Below are positions 26,626 through 36,981 of a stretch of 64,000 bases of DNA, one piece after another (the stretch's first letter is position 1; each line of letters begins with the position of its first letter). The stretch lies in NCBI GenBank assembly GCA_963751275.1, contig CAVVTZ010000011.1, forward strand, positions 1 to 64,000, read 5' to 3'. Below the pieces are notes generated by a model. It was not told where the DNA came from, made no database searches, and saw nothing but the letters and a program-made list of their open reading frames with translations. This DNA comes from an uncultured Gemmatimonadaceae bacterium. Lineage in GTDB: Bacteria > Gemmatimonadota > Gemmatimonadetes > Gemmatimonadales > Gemmatimonadaceae. The position numbers and the translations under genes were made by a program.

Positions 26626-27192
26626 GTGCGCATCGTCGCGGGCGAATGGCGCGGCCGGATCATCTCGGCGCCGGCGGGCGCCACCGTGCGCCCCACCGCC
26701 GACCGTGTGCGCGAGGCGTGGATGAGCATCGTGAACTCCGAGCTGAGCGGCGCGCGCGTGCTGGATCTCTTCGCCGGCTCGGGCGCGCTGGGACTCGAGG
26801 CGCTCTCGCGCGGCGCCGCGCACGCCGATTTCGTGGAGTATGCACCGAAGAGCCTGGCCACGCTCGGAAAGAACATCGAGCAGCTGGGCGCGGGCGATCG
26901 CGCGGAGGTCCACCGCGCCGACGCCCTGCGCTTCATTGAAAGACTCGCCGCGAACGCGTACGATATGGCGTTCGTCGATCCGCCCTACGGCCTCGGGCTC
27001 GCCGACCGCGTGGCGAAACGCTGGCTGGAAGTGCCCTTCGCGGCGCGGATCGGGATCGAGCACGCGTCCAAGGAGACGATGCCGCCGGGCGGCGACACGC
27101 GCCGCTACGGCGACACCGCGATCACGTTCTACCGCCACGCCGATGCCGGCGCGGCGCCCAGCGAACCCACACCCACGAGCGACGCGACATGA
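26626..27192 (+). CDS. rsmD: 16S rRNA m2G966 methyltransferase
   Basis: 'MRIVAGEWRGR', 'RPTADRVREA', 'DLFAGSG', 'DPPY'. Confidence 0.94.
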   Translation: MRIVAGEWRGRIISAPAGATVRPTADRVREAWMSIVNSELSGARVLDLFAGSGALGLEALSRGAAHADFVEYAPKSLATLGKNIEQLGAGDRAEVHRADALRFIERLAANAYDMAFVDPPYGLGLADRVAKRWLEVPFAARIGIEHASKETMPPGGDTRRYGDTAITFYRHADAGAAPSEPTPTSDAT

Positions 27193-27671
27193 GCAAGATC
27201 GCCGTCTACGCCGGCAGCTTCGATCCGATCACCCGCGGACACGAGGATCTCATTCGCCGCTCGCTCGCCTTCTGCGACCGTCTGGTGGTCGCGGTCGCGA
27301 TCAACTCCGGGAAGCAGCCGCTGTTCACCGTGGAAGAGCGCATGCGGTTCATCCGCGAGTCGATCGAAGATGAACGCGTGATCGTGTCGGAATTCACCGG
27401 GCTGCTCGTGGACTTCGCGCGCAAGGTGGGCGCGACGCTCTCCATTCGCGGGCTGCGCGCTGTGGCGGATTTCGAATACGAATACCAGATGGCGCTGATG
27501 AACCGGCACCTGCACAAGGAGCTCGAGACGGTCTTCATGGTGCCGGGCATCGACCTCACCTACGTGAGCTCGAGCATCGTGCGCGAAGTGGCGCGCTACG
27601 GCGGCAACACGGCGGGACTCGTGCATCCGGTGGTGGAGCGCGCGCTGAAGGCGAAGTTCGCACCGAAGTGA
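27189..27671 (+). CDS. coaD: phosphopantetheine adenylyltransferase
   Basis: 'GSFDPITRGH', 'RGLR..DFEYE', 'SSSIVRE'. Confidence 0.96.
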   Translation: MSKIAVYAGSFDPITRGHEDLIRRSLAFCDRLVVAVAINSGKQPLFTVEERMRFIRESIEDERVIVSEFTGLLVDFARKVGATLSIRGLRAVADFEYEYQMALMNRHLHKELETVFMVPGIDLTYVSSSIVREVARYGGNTAGLVHPVVERALKAKFAPK

Positions 27672-28627
27672 CCTTCGTCGCTGCGCTGCGGCGGCGCGCG
27701 GCCGCGGTCCGCCGCCGCGTGGTGTTCCCCGAGATCGACGACGCGCGCACCCTCGAGGCGGTGGCGGCCCTCTCGCGCGACGGCATCGTCGAACCGCTGC
27801 TGCTGCGCGATCCGTCGAACCACCCGGCGCGGGCCGAGGTCGCGGCGCTGCTGCTCGCGCGCCGCGGATCGAAGGGCGTCTCGGCGCCGCAGGCCGATAC
27901 CCTCTCGCTCGACCCGCTCTATCTCGCGGACGGCCTCGTGGCGCTCGGCCACGCCGATGCCTGCGTCGCGGGCGCGGTGCACACGACCGCCGATGTGCTG
28001 CGCGCCGCGCTCTGGATGATCGGCCCCGCCGCCGGCGTCACGACGGTCTCGAGCGCCTTCTACATGGTGGTGCCGGGCTTTCGCGGAGCGGCCGAGGAAG
28101 TGCTCACCTTCACCGATTGCGCCGTGATCCCCGAGCCCACCGCCGTGCAACTCGCCGACATCGCCGAGTCCGCGGCGCGCGATCGGCGGCGGATCATCGG
28201 CGACGAGCCGCGCGTCGCGCTGCTCTCGTATTCCACGCTGGGCAGCGGCAGCGGCGCCTCGGTGGAGCGCGTGCGGGAGGCGGTGGCGATCCTCCGCGCG
28301 CGCGGCGTGGATTTCCCCGTGGACGGCGAGCTGCAGGCCGATGCCGCACTCATTGAACAGGTGGGCCGGCGCAAGGCGCCGGGGAGCCCCGTGGCCGGCG
28401 CCGCGAACGTCCTGGTCTTCCCCTCACTCGACGCCGGCAATTCCGCGTATAAACTGGTGGAGCGCCTGGCGCGCGCCAGCGCGATCGGCCCTATCATTCA
28501 GGGGCTCGCAAAACCGTGCTCCGATCTCTCGCGCGGCGCGAGCGCGGATGACATAATGAATGTGGCTGCCATCGCCGCTCTTCAGGCGACACCGTGGACG
28601 AGTGAACGCACCGGGAGAACGACATGA
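27668..28627 (+). CDS. pta: phosphate acetyltransferase (short PTA/PTB form)
   Basis: 'VFPE', 'FTDCAVIPEP', 'LSYST.GS', 'DGELQADAA', 'DLSRG'. Confidence 0.88.
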   Translation: MTFVAALRRRAAAVRRRVVFPEIDDARTLEAVAALSRDGIVEPLLLRDPSNHPARAEVAALLLARRGSKGVSAPQADTLSLDPLYLADGLVALGHADACVAGAVHTTADVLRAALWMIGPAAGVTTVSSAFYMVVPGFRGAAEEVLTFTDCAVIPEPTAVQLADIAESAARDRRRIIGDEPRVALLSYSTLGSGSGASVERVREAVAILRARGVDFPVDGELQADAALIEQVGRRKAPGSPVAGAANVLVFPSLDAGNSAYKLVERLARASAIGPIIQGLAKPCSDLSRGASADDIMNVAAIAALQATPWTSERTGRTT

Positions 28628-28956
28628 GCTTCGGGATCGCAAAGCAGGGTGAGGTGGTGGTGGTCGATGTCGACGGCCAGCTCATCGTGGGCAACCGCCA
28701 GGAACTGAAGCAGAAGGTCCTGGACGAGCTCGAGAAGGGGGAGCGGAAGGTGCTCATCGACTTCTCGCGCACCGGCTACATCGACAGCTCGGGCCTCGGC
28801 GTGCTCGTCTCGCTCTCCAAGAAGATCCGCGAGCAGGGCGGGGAGCTGCGGCTCGCCAATCTGAACGACGATCTCAAGACGCTCTTCGAGCTCACCAAGC
28901 TCGATACGCTCTTCCAGATCTCGGACACCAAGGAGCGGGCGCTCCAATCGTTCTAG
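28624..28956 (+). CDS. STAS-domain anti-anti-sigma factor (RsbV/SpoIIAA-like)
   Basis: 'YIDSSGLGVL' phosphorylatable Ser motif; 110 aa. Confidence 0.9.
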   Translation: MSFGIAKQGEVVVVDVDGQLIVGNRQELKQKVLDELEKGERKVLIDFSRTGYIDSSGLGVLVSLSKKIREQGGELRLANLNDDLKTLFELTKLDTLFQISDTKERALQSF

Positions 28957-29417
28957 TGGACACCCGCGACCAGGCGGTCGACGCTGTCGCCACGTCCCGG
29001 CTGCGCGTGGCGCTCGAGCTCGAGATCCCGAGCGACGTGCGGTACATCGAGTCCGTCGTGGAGATCGTGGCGCGCCACTGCCAGCAGTTCCGCTTCACGC
29101 AGCGGCAGTGCGCGCTCAACATTCCCGTCGCGCTGAGCGAGGCGCTCTCGAACGCGATCCTCCGCGGCAACAGCGCGCAGGAGGGCCCGCGCGTGCAAGT
29201 GAAGGCCGACGTCACGCGCGCGCGCGTCGTGATGGAAGTGGTGGACGAGGGATCGGGCTTCGATCTCGCCGAGTGCCTCGTGGATCCCACCACGCCCGAG
29301 AATCTCGAGCGCGAGGATGGCCGCGGTCTCTTCCTCATGACGCGGCTGATGGACCGTCTCGAGCGCTTCTCGAATCACGGCAACGTCATCCGGATGACGC
29401 TCCACCGGCATGACTGA
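28956..29417 (+). CDS. RsbW-like anti-sigma factor / Ser kinase
   Basis: 'EALSNAI..G', 'DEGSGFD', 'GRGLFLM..LMD'. Confidence 0.88.
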   Translation: MDTRDQAVDAVATSRLRVALELEIPSDVRYIESVVEIVARHCQQFRFTQRQCALNIPVALSEALSNAILRGNSAQEGPRVQVKADVTRARVVMEVVDEGSGFDLAECLVDPTTPENLEREDGRGLFLMTRLMDRLERFSNHGNVIRMTLHRHD

Positions 29418-31009
29418 CCTGGAGGCCGTACTCACCGGCTTCCGCGACGCGACCACCTGCTCGGCCTCCGTGTGGCTCGCCGATGAGGGCCGGCCGCCGC
29501 GGCGCATCGCCACCGCCGTGCCCGCCGTCGGCGCGATCGGCTGGACGCCGCCGCTCGGCGGCAACGCGCCGGTCACGGTGGAATCGCCCGGCGGCCCCGT
29601 GCACCTGCTGCCGGTGCCGGGACAGCGCCGCGCCTGGCTCGCCGTGGGACCGAGCCGGCGCGACGACATGTCCCTCGAAGGCTGCGCGCGCTTCCTGCTG
29701 CCCGTGGTGTCGCAGTCGCTGCAGTCCACGCTGGAAGTGGAGCACGCCGCGAATGAATTGGCCGAGCGCTACGAGGAGATCAATCTCCTCTACACGATCA
29801 CCGAGATCCTCGGCCGCACGGTGTCGCTCGAGGAGGCGGCCGCCACGATCCTGCGCGAGATCTCCGAGACCGTCGGCGCGCGGCGCGGCTCGATCCTCGT
29901 GCACGACCGCGTCACCGACACGCTGCAGACGGTGGCCGCGCTCGGCGTGAGCGTGCTCGACATCCCGCCCATCGCGCTGCACGACGAATGCTCGGTGAGC
30001 GCGCGCGTCTTCCGCGAGCAGCGCGCGATGATCGTGGAGGAGGAGCCGGCCGCGAACTGCGAAGCGGAATCGTACTACCGCCGCGGGCTCATGCTCTCCG
30101 TGCCGATCATGTGGACGATGCCGGCCGGCGGCATCGAGCCGCTCGGCGTCGTGAATCTCTCCGACCGCTCCACGCAGCAGCCCTTCAGCGCCGGCGACCA
30201 GAAGCTGATCACGGCGATCGCGACCCAGATCGCGACGGCGATCCAGAACACGCGGCTGGTGCGCTCGTCGCTCAGCCAGCAGCGGCTGGTGCAGGAACTG
30301 TCAGCTCGCGCACGATCTGCAGATGAAGCTCCTGCCGAGCGTGGACGTCGTCGCGCCGGAAGCGCAGGTCGCGGCGCGCGTGATGCCGGCCGAAAGCGTG
30401 GGCGGCGATTTCTACAATCTGTTCCGTCTGGGCGCCGGCCGCACCGGTGTGATGATCGGCGATGTCTCGAGTCACGGGTACCGCGCCGCGCTCATCATGG
30501 CGCTCGCGATGAGCGCGTCGGCGATCCACGCGCAGACCGCAGGCGACCCGGGCGAGATGCTGAACGCGCTGCTCTTCACCCTGCGCGAAGAGCTGGCGAC
30601 GACGGAGATGTTCATCTCCACCTTCTACGGCATCATCGACCGCGATTTCGGCACGCTGCGTTATGCGAACACCGGGCACCCGCACGCGTATCACGTGTCC
30701 GGGAGCGGCGCCGCCGAGCGGCTGCCCGCGCTCGATCCGCCGCTGGGCATGGTGGAGAGCACGCCGAGCGCGCGCAAGCGGCCGTGGCAGGCCGGCTCCG
30801 ACATGCTGCTCCTCTTCACCGACGGCGTGCCCGATGCGCGCAACCGCTTCGGCGTGCGCCTCGGCGAGCAGCCGGTGATCGACATCGTGCGCCGCTACCG
30901 CACCGAGACGCCCAGCGTGATCGTGCAGCGCGTGTTCGATGAGCTGGCCGAGCACACCGGCGAGGCGCTGCAGCGCGACGACCTCGCGGTCGTGCTCGTG
31001 CGCAGCTAG
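29410..31009 (+). CDS. GAF + PP2C (SpoIIE/RsbU-like) phosphatase, frameshift near 30300
   Basis: GAF 'LSVPI..GVVNL..FSAGDQKL'; PP2C 'VGGDFY', 'GDVSSHG', 'FTDG', 'DDL'. Confidence 0.88.
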
Positions 31010-31834
31010 GTGCCGCCCAAGGGGCGCGGCGCGAAGGGCGCGCCGCCGCCGGTGCTCAAGCGCTTCGGGCAGCATTTCCTGACCGACGCGCGCCTGCTCG
31101 CGCGCATCGCCGACGCAGCGGCGCTCACCGCCGGCGAGACGGTGATCGAAGTGGGCCCCGGGCGGGGCTCGCTCACCGACCAGCTGGTGCCGCGCGCGAG
31201 GCGAGTGGTCGCGATCGAGATCGACCGCGCGCTCGCGCAACGGTTGCGCGAGCGCTACGCCGGCGAGCCGAAGGTGGAGATCGTGGAGGGCGATGTGCTC
31301 GCGCAGGACCTGGGCGCGCTGGCCGGCGGCCCCTATGCGCTCATCGGCAACGTGCCGTACTATATCACGACGCCGATCATCTTCCACGCACTCGCCGCGC
31401 CGCGGCCGACGCGCGCCGTGTTCCTCGTGCAGCGCGAAGTGGCCGAACGCATGGCCGCACCGCCGGGGTCGAAGACGTACGGCGCGCTCAGCGTCACGCT
31501 GCAATCGCTCGCGAACGTGGAACTGCTGTTCAGCGTGCCGTCCGGCGCATTCAAGCCGCCGCCGAAGGTGGAGAGCGCGGTCGTGCGGATCACGCCGCGC
31601 GAGACGACCGGTGTGCCGGTGGCGCTCGAGGAGAAATTCCGCCGGATGGTGCAGGGGACGTTCGCGCAGCGGCGGAAGCAGATGGGGCGCGTGCTGCGCT
31701 CGCTCGCGTCGCTCGATGCACCGGCGGCGGATGCACTGCTCACCGGCATCGGCATCGCGCCCGAAGCGCGGCCGGAAACGCTCTCCCCCGCGGACTTCGC
31801 GCGGCTCTTCGCCGCGCTTACCCCTGGTTCGTGA
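31010..31834 (+). CDS. rsmA: 16S rRNA dimethyladenosine transferase
   Basis: 'GQHFL', 'EVGPGRG', 'GNVPYYIT', 'QREVA', 'PPPKVES'. Confidence 0.95.
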   Translation: MPPKGRGAKGAPPPVLKRFGQHFLTDARLLARIADAAALTAGETVIEVGPGRGSLTDQLVPRARRVVAIEIDRALAQRLRERYAGEPKVEIVEGDVLAQDLGALAGGPYALIGNVPYYITTPIIFHALAAPRPTRAVFLVQREVAERMAAPPGSKTYGALSVTLQSLANVELLFSVPSGAFKPPPKVESAVVRITPRETTGVPVALEEKFRRMVQGTFAQRRKQMGRVLRSLASLDAPAADALLTGIGIAPEARPETLSPADFARLFAALTPGS

Positions 31835-32441
31835 GGGCGAAGGAGAGCCCTTCGAGCTCCATCGCCATGTTCACGTCCTTCACCGTCACATGGCCGGGCA
31901 CCGTGAGCTGCACCGGCGCGAAGTTCATCACCGCGCGCACCCCCGCCGCGACGACGACGTCCGCGACCTGTTGCGCCGCCGCGCCGGGCACGGTGAGCAC
32001 CGCGATGTCGGCGGTCTGCTTCGCGGCATCGCGCGGCAGCTCGGTCATCGCGCGCACCGTGAGGCCGTCCACTTTGCGGCCGATCTTGGCGGGATCGTCA
32101 TCGTAGATCGCGAGGATCGTGAAGCCGCGCTCGCGAAAGCCGCCGTATTGCGCGAGTGCGACGCCGATCTTGCCGGCGCCGATGATCACCACGCGCCATT
32201 CGCGCTCGAGACCGAGTATGCGGCGCAGCCGGCGCTCGAGCTCCGGCACCGAATAGCCGAGCCCGCGCTTGCCGAAGGAGCCGAAGAAGGACAGGTCCTT
32301 CCGCACCTGGGCCGACGTGGTGCCGCCGCGCGCCGCGAGCTCATTGCTCGAGACGGTCGCGAGCCCCTTCGCCTCGAAATCCTCGAGGAACCGGAGATAG
32401 AGCGAGAGGCGGCGGACGGTGGAATCGGCGATGCGCTTCAA
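31818..32441 (-). CDS. rex: redox-sensing transcriptional repressor Rex (TTG start)
   Basis: 'RRLSLY', 'QVRKDLSFFGSFGKRGLGY', 'GAGKIG', 'NFAP'. Confidence 0.95.
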   Translation of the reverse strand: MKRIADSTVRRLSLYLRFLEDFEAKGLATVSSNELAARGGTTSAQVRKDLSFFGSFGKRGLGYSVPELERRLRRILGLEREWRVVIIGAGKIGVALAQYGGFRERGFTILAIYDDDPAKIGRKVDGLTVRAMTELPRDAAKQTADIAVLTVPGAAAQQVADVVVAAGVRAVMNFAPVQLTVPGHVTVKDVNMAMELEGLSFALTNQG

Positions 32442-32454
32442 GGCAGGGAAGGGT

Positions 32455-32472
32455 TTGTGAAATTGTTCACAA
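32455..32472. promoter_or_regulatory. Rex operator
   Basis: TTGTGAA-ATTG-TTCACAA, a perfect match to the Rex consensus TTGTGAANNNNTTCACAA, 14 bp upstream of rex. Confidence 0.9.
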
Positions 32473-32573
32473 GTTAAGAGACCAGCGCCCGCTTTGCCAG
32501 CCGTGAACCCGCCGCCCGCGCCCGCCGCCCACCAACTCGTTCCGAACACCCCGCCTCCGGATTATCTTCGGTG

Positions 32574-33812
32574 ATGCCCGTCCACATCACCTCCGAGATC
32601 GGCCGCCTCTCGTCGGTCCTCGTCCATACCCCCGGGCCCGAGCTCCTCGCCGTCACTCCCGCCACCCGCGACGACTACCTCTACGACGACATCATCGACG
32701 TCGAGGCCGCGCAGCGCGAGCACCGCCGCTTCGTCGCGATCCTCGAGCGCTTCGCCAAGGTCCACCTCGTCACCGACCTGCTGGGCGAGGTCGCCGCGAA
32801 CGCCGAAGCGCGCGAACTGCTCATGCGCGAGACCGCCGAGATCGTCGGTCCGTCGTCGCCGCTCGCCGCGAAGATCGCGCAGCGCCCACCCGCCGAGCTC
32901 GTGCAGATGCTCATCGAGGGCGAGGCCGAGGATCCGGGGCCGCTCGCACGGTCGCTGAACGAGGTGGGCTACATGCTGCCGCCGCTGCCCAATCTCTTCT
33001 TCACGCGCGACACCGCGATGGTGGTCGGCGAGCACGTGATGATCGGCTCCATGCGCTACGGCGCGCGCTGGTCCGAAGAGCTGCTCATGAAGGCGCTCTT
33101 CCGCTATCACCCGGCGCTCGCGAACAAGGGGATCCTCTACGACGGCGCGGCCGAACGCCGGCACAACTACACGCTCGAAGGGGGCGACATCCATCCCCTC
33201 CGCTCGGACACGGTGCTCCTCGGCTTCAGCGAACGCACCAGCCCCGCCGCGATCGACACGATCACCGAGAAATTCTTCACGGAGACGACCGTCACCGACG
33301 TGATCATCGTGATCATGCCCACGGAGACGACCGCCATCCATTTGGACATGATCTTCACGCAGCTCGATCTGGAACTCTGCTCGATCTTCGCGCCCGCGTT
33401 CGTGGGCGCCGAGCGGCTCTCGATCCTGCACCGCCGCAAGGGGCAGCAGCAGATGAAGGAGATGCCGAACATCTTCGCCGCGCTGCAGGCGGTGAGCCTG
33501 CCCATGGAGCCGGTGTTCTGCGGCGGCGAGCGGCGCATCGTGCAGGAGCGCGAGCAGTGGGCGAGCGGCTGCAATTTCTTCGCGGTGCGTCCGGGCGTGG
33601 TGCTCTCGTACTCGCGCAACGAGACGACGCTCGGCGAGCTGGAGAAGATGGGCTTCCGTGTCGTGACCGCCGCGTCGTTCCTCACCGGCGACGATCGCTT
33701 GAAGGACGGCGACCGCGCGGTGATCAGCTTCGAGGGCGCTGAACTCGTGCGCGCCGGCGGCGGCGCGCGCTGCATGACGCTCCCCCTGGAGCGCGCCGAT
33801 CCGTGGGCCTGA
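32574..33812 (+). CDS. arcA: arginine deiminase
   Basis: 'SEIGRL', 'PNLFFTRD', 'EGGD', 'HLD', 'REQW', 'GGARCMT' with catalytic Asp/His/Cys. Confidence 0.88.
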   Translation: MPVHITSEIGRLSSVLVHTPGPELLAVTPATRDDYLYDDIIDVEAAQREHRRFVAILERFAKVHLVTDLLGEVAANAEARELLMRETAEIVGPSSPLAAKIAQRPPAELVQMLIEGEAEDPGPLARSLNEVGYMLPPLPNLFFTRDTAMVVGEHVMIGSMRYGARWSEELLMKALFRYHPALANKGILYDGAAERRHNYTLEGGDIHPLRSDTVLLGFSERTSPAAIDTITEKFFTETTVTDVIIVIMPTETTAIHLDMIFTQLDLELCSIFAPAFVGAERLSILHRRKGQQQMKEMPNIFAALQAVSLPMEPVFCGGERRIVQEREQWASGCNFFAVRPGVVLSYSRNETTLGELEKMGFRVVTAASFLTGDDRLKDGDRAVISFEGAELVRAGGGARCMTLPLERADPWA

Positions 33813-34724
33813 GCACGCGTCCCGCCGAAACGCTGCTGACGGAGCGTGCGCTCGAACTCCTCGCCCGCGGCCCCGCACACGCTGTGCCGCTCATCGAATA
33901 CGTGTGCCAAATGCCCGGCGCGCCCAAGGTGGTCGCCGAACAGAATGGCGCTCGCCCTGTTCGCCGACCGCGCGGAGTTCACGCGCGATGAGGACGGCCG
34001 CTGGCAACTGGCTGAAGGCGCGGTCGTCCCCGTCGTGGCCGTTCCGCAGGCCTCAGTCGTCAGTCGTCAATCGAGATCCGCCGTCCGCCCTTTGAAGGAT
34101 CTCACCTACGCCGTGATCGACGTCGAGACCACCGGCATGGCCGCCACCGACGGCGACCGCGTCACCGAGATCGCCGTCGTCGTCGTGCGCGACGGCCAGA
34201 TCGCCGAGACCTTCGACTCCCTCATCAATCCCGAGCGCCCGATCCCGCCGTTCATCACGTCGCTGACGCACATCTCGTGGGAGATGGTGAAGGACGCGCC
34301 GCGCTTCGCCGACATCGTGGACGATCTGCTCCAGGTGATGAAGGGCCACGTCTTCGTCGCGCACAACGCCGACTTCGACTGGCGCTTCGTGCGCGCCGAG
34401 GTCGAGCGCGCCACCGGGCGGCGCCTCACCGGCCCCAAGCTGTGCACGGTGAAGCTCGCGCGACGCGTGCTGCCGCACCTGCCCAGCCGCCGGCTCGACG
34501 CGCTCGCGCACCACTATGGCGTGGCCAACGACGCGCGCCACCGTGCGATGGGCGACGCCGCCGCCACGGCGCAGATCCTGCTGCGGCTGCTCGGCGCGGC
34601 GCGCGAGCGCGAGTGTCACACCTGGGCCGATCTGCAGGAATTCCTCGGCGCGCGCGCTCGCGGCAACCGCCCGCAGGGCCGTTCGGGGATGCCGGGCCCC
34701 GTGCGCGAGGATGGCTCCGCATGA
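33803..34724 (+). CDS. DEDDh 3'-5' exonuclease (DnaQ-like) with extra N-terminal domain, frameshift near 33943
   Basis: 'DVETTG', 'AHNADFD', 'HRAMGDA'. Confidence 0.85.
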
Positions 34725-35605
34725 GCGCGCCCACGCCGCTCGTCGAGCGCATCACCGTGGGCGCCTACACCGTGCACCTGCTGCAGGCCGGCGGACAGCG
34801 GTTGGATGGCGGCGCAATGTTCGGCGTCGTCCCCAAGCCGCTCTGGGAACGCCGCATCGCGGCCGACGCGCGCAACCGCATCCAGCTGGGCATGCAATGC
34901 CTGCTGATCGAGCACGACTCGGGGCTGATCGTGGTCGACAATGGGGCGGGGAACAAGGAGAGCGAGAAATTCCTCGACATCTACGGCATCGAGAACGTGG
35001 GCGAAGGCGGCCGCACGATGTTCGAGGCCGCGCTCGCGCAGACGGGGCACAAGGCCGAGGATGTCGTGCTGGTGATCGACAGCCATCTCCATTTCGATCA
35101 TGCGGGCGGCAACACGTACCGCGATGCGGAAGGAAAGGTGCATCTCACCTTCCCGAACGCGCGCTACGTGGTGCAACGCGGGGAGTACGCGTACGCGACG
35201 CATACGAACGAGCGCACGGCCGCGAGCTATTTCCCGCACAACTTCGTGCCCGTGCTCGAGGCCGGGCGCTTCGATCTCGTGGAAGGCGAGAAGGAGATCG
35301 TGCCCGGCGTGCGTGTGATCCCCACGCCCGGGCACACGCCGCACCATCAGGGGATCCTGCTGTCGTCGCGCGGCGAGCACGCGTTCTTCCTCGCCGATCT
35401 CGTGCCGACCTCGGCGCACCTCCCGCTGCCGTGGATCATGGGCTACGATGTGGAGCCGCTCGTCACGCTCGAGACCAAGCGCCGCGTCCTGAAGCGCGCG
35501 CTGGATGAAGGCTGGCGGATGATCTTCGAACACGACGCGACCGTCTCGAACGGGCGGCTCGCGCATGATGGCAAGACCTACTCGCTCGCTCCGGAGGCTC
35601 CATGA
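34721..35605 (+). CDS. metallo-beta-lactamase fold hydrolase (YtnP-like)
   Basis: 'LDGGAMFGVVPKPLW', 'HLHFDHAGG', 'GHT', 'MGYD', 'FEHD'. Confidence 0.9.
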   Translation: MSAPTPLVERITVGAYTVHLLQAGGQRLDGGAMFGVVPKPLWERRIAADARNRIQLGMQCLLIEHDSGLIVVDNGAGNKESEKFLDIYGIENVGEGGRTMFEAALAQTGHKAEDVVLVIDSHLHFDHAGGNTYRDAEGKVHLTFPNARYVVQRGEYAYATHTNERTAASYFPHNFVPVLEAGRFDLVEGEKEIVPGVRVIPTPGHTPHHQGILLSSRGEHAFFLADLVPTSAHLPLPWIMGYDVEPLVTLETKRRVLKRALDEGWRMIFEHDATVSNGRLAHDGKTYSLAPEAP

Positions 35606-36951
35606 TGGTCCGCGTCCGCACTGCGCTCGCACTCGCCGCCGTACTCGGCACGTCGCCGCTCAACGCACAGAACCCCGACACGGCGCAGCTGCGCGCCATG
35701 GTCGACAAGGCGACGGCGACGGTGATGCCGCAGGTGGTCGCGTGGCGGCGCGACATCCACGAGCACCCGGAGCTGGGCAACCGCGAATTCCGCACGTCGG
35801 CGCTCGTCGCGGCGCAGCTCACGAAACTCGGCCTCTCGGTGCGCACCGGCGTCGCGCACACCGGCGTCGTCGGCGTGCTCGTGGGCGGCAAGAAGGGCCC
35901 GGTGGTCGCGCTGCGCGCCGACATGGACGCGCTGCCGGTGACGGAGCAGGTGGACCTGCCGTTCAAGTCCACCGTGAAGACGCAGTACAACGGACAGGAA
36001 GTGGGCGTGATGCACGCATGCGGGCACGACAATCACGTCGCGATCCTGCTCGGCGTGGCGACGGTGCTCGCGGGCATGAAGGCCGATCTGCCCGGCACGG
36101 TGGTGTTCATCTTCCAGCCGGCCGAGGAGGGCCCGCCCGCGGGCGAGGACGGCGGTGCATCGCTCATGATCAAGGAGGGCGCGCTGCAGAACCCCGCGCC
36201 CGAGGCGATCTTCGGCCTGCACGTGTGGACCAACACCACCGGTGACATCGATCTGCGCCCCGGTTCGCTCATGGCGAGCGCGGCCGGCCTCAAGATCGTG
36301 GTGCACGGCAAGCAGACGCATGGCGCGCAGCCGTGGCGCGGCGTCGATCCCATCGTGGTGGCGTCGCAGATCGTGCTCGGGTTGCAGACGATCACGAGCC
36401 GCGAGCTCGACCTGCGCAAGGGCGCCGCGGTGATCACCGTGGGTTCGATCAACGGCGGCAACCGCGGGAACATCATCCCCGATAGCGTCGTGATGATCGG
36501 CACCGTGCGCACGTTCCAGCCGGGGATGGAGAAGCAGATCGCCGACCTCGTGAAGCGCACGGCGGAGGGGATCGCGGCGAGCGCGGGCGCGACGGCCACC
36601 ACCGAAGTGGAAGGCGGCTACGAGCCGACGATCAACGATCCGGCGCTGGTCGCGAAGATGCTCCCCTCGCTGCGGCGCGTGGCCGGCTCGAAGGTGAACG
36701 CCGACATGACGCCGCTCACGCCGTCGGAGGATTTCTCGGCGTACGCGGAGAAGATCCCGGGGATGTTCTTCTTCCTGGGCGTCGTGCCGCCGGGCACCGA
36801 TCCGCTCACGGCGCCGCCGAACCATTCGCCGTATTTCTTCGCGGATGAGGCGGCGCTGCCGGTGGGCGTGCGCGCGCTGGCGAGCCTCACCGTGGACTAC
36901 TTGGCGAGCGGCGGGATGAAGAAGGGCGGGGTGAAGATCAGCGGGCGTTGA
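35602..36951 (+). CDS. secreted M20D-family amidohydrolase
   Basis: Signal peptide; 'HEHPEL', 'RADMDALP', 'MHACGHD', 'QPAEEG', 'SEDF'. Confidence 0.9.
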   Translation: MMVRVRTALALAAVLGTSPLNAQNPDTAQLRAMVDKATATVMPQVVAWRRDIHEHPELGNREFRTSALVAAQLTKLGLSVRTGVAHTGVVGVLVGGKKGPVVALRADMDALPVTEQVDLPFKSTVKTQYNGQEVGVMHACGHDNHVAILLGVATVLAGMKADLPGTVVFIFQPAEEGPPAGEDGGASLMIKEGALQNPAPEAIFGLHVWTNTTGDIDLRPGSLMASAAGLKIVVHGKQTHGAQPWRGVDPIVVASQIVLGLQTITSRELDLRKGAAVITVGSINGGNRGNIIPDSVVMIGTVRTFQPGMEKQIADLVKRTAEGIAASAGATATTEVEGGYEPTINDPALVAKMLPSLRRVAGSKVNADMTPLTPSEDFSAYAEKIPGMFFFLGVVPPGTDPLTAPPNHSPYFFADEAALPVGVRALASLTVDYLASGGMKKGGVKISGR

Positions 36952-36975
36952 CTTCGAGACGGAGCGCGCTAAATT
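36948..36975 (+). promoter_or_regulatory. promoter of the infC-rpmI-rplT operon
   Basis: TTGACT-16 bp-TAAATT. Confidence 0.6.
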
Positions 36976-36981
36976 CCGCCG

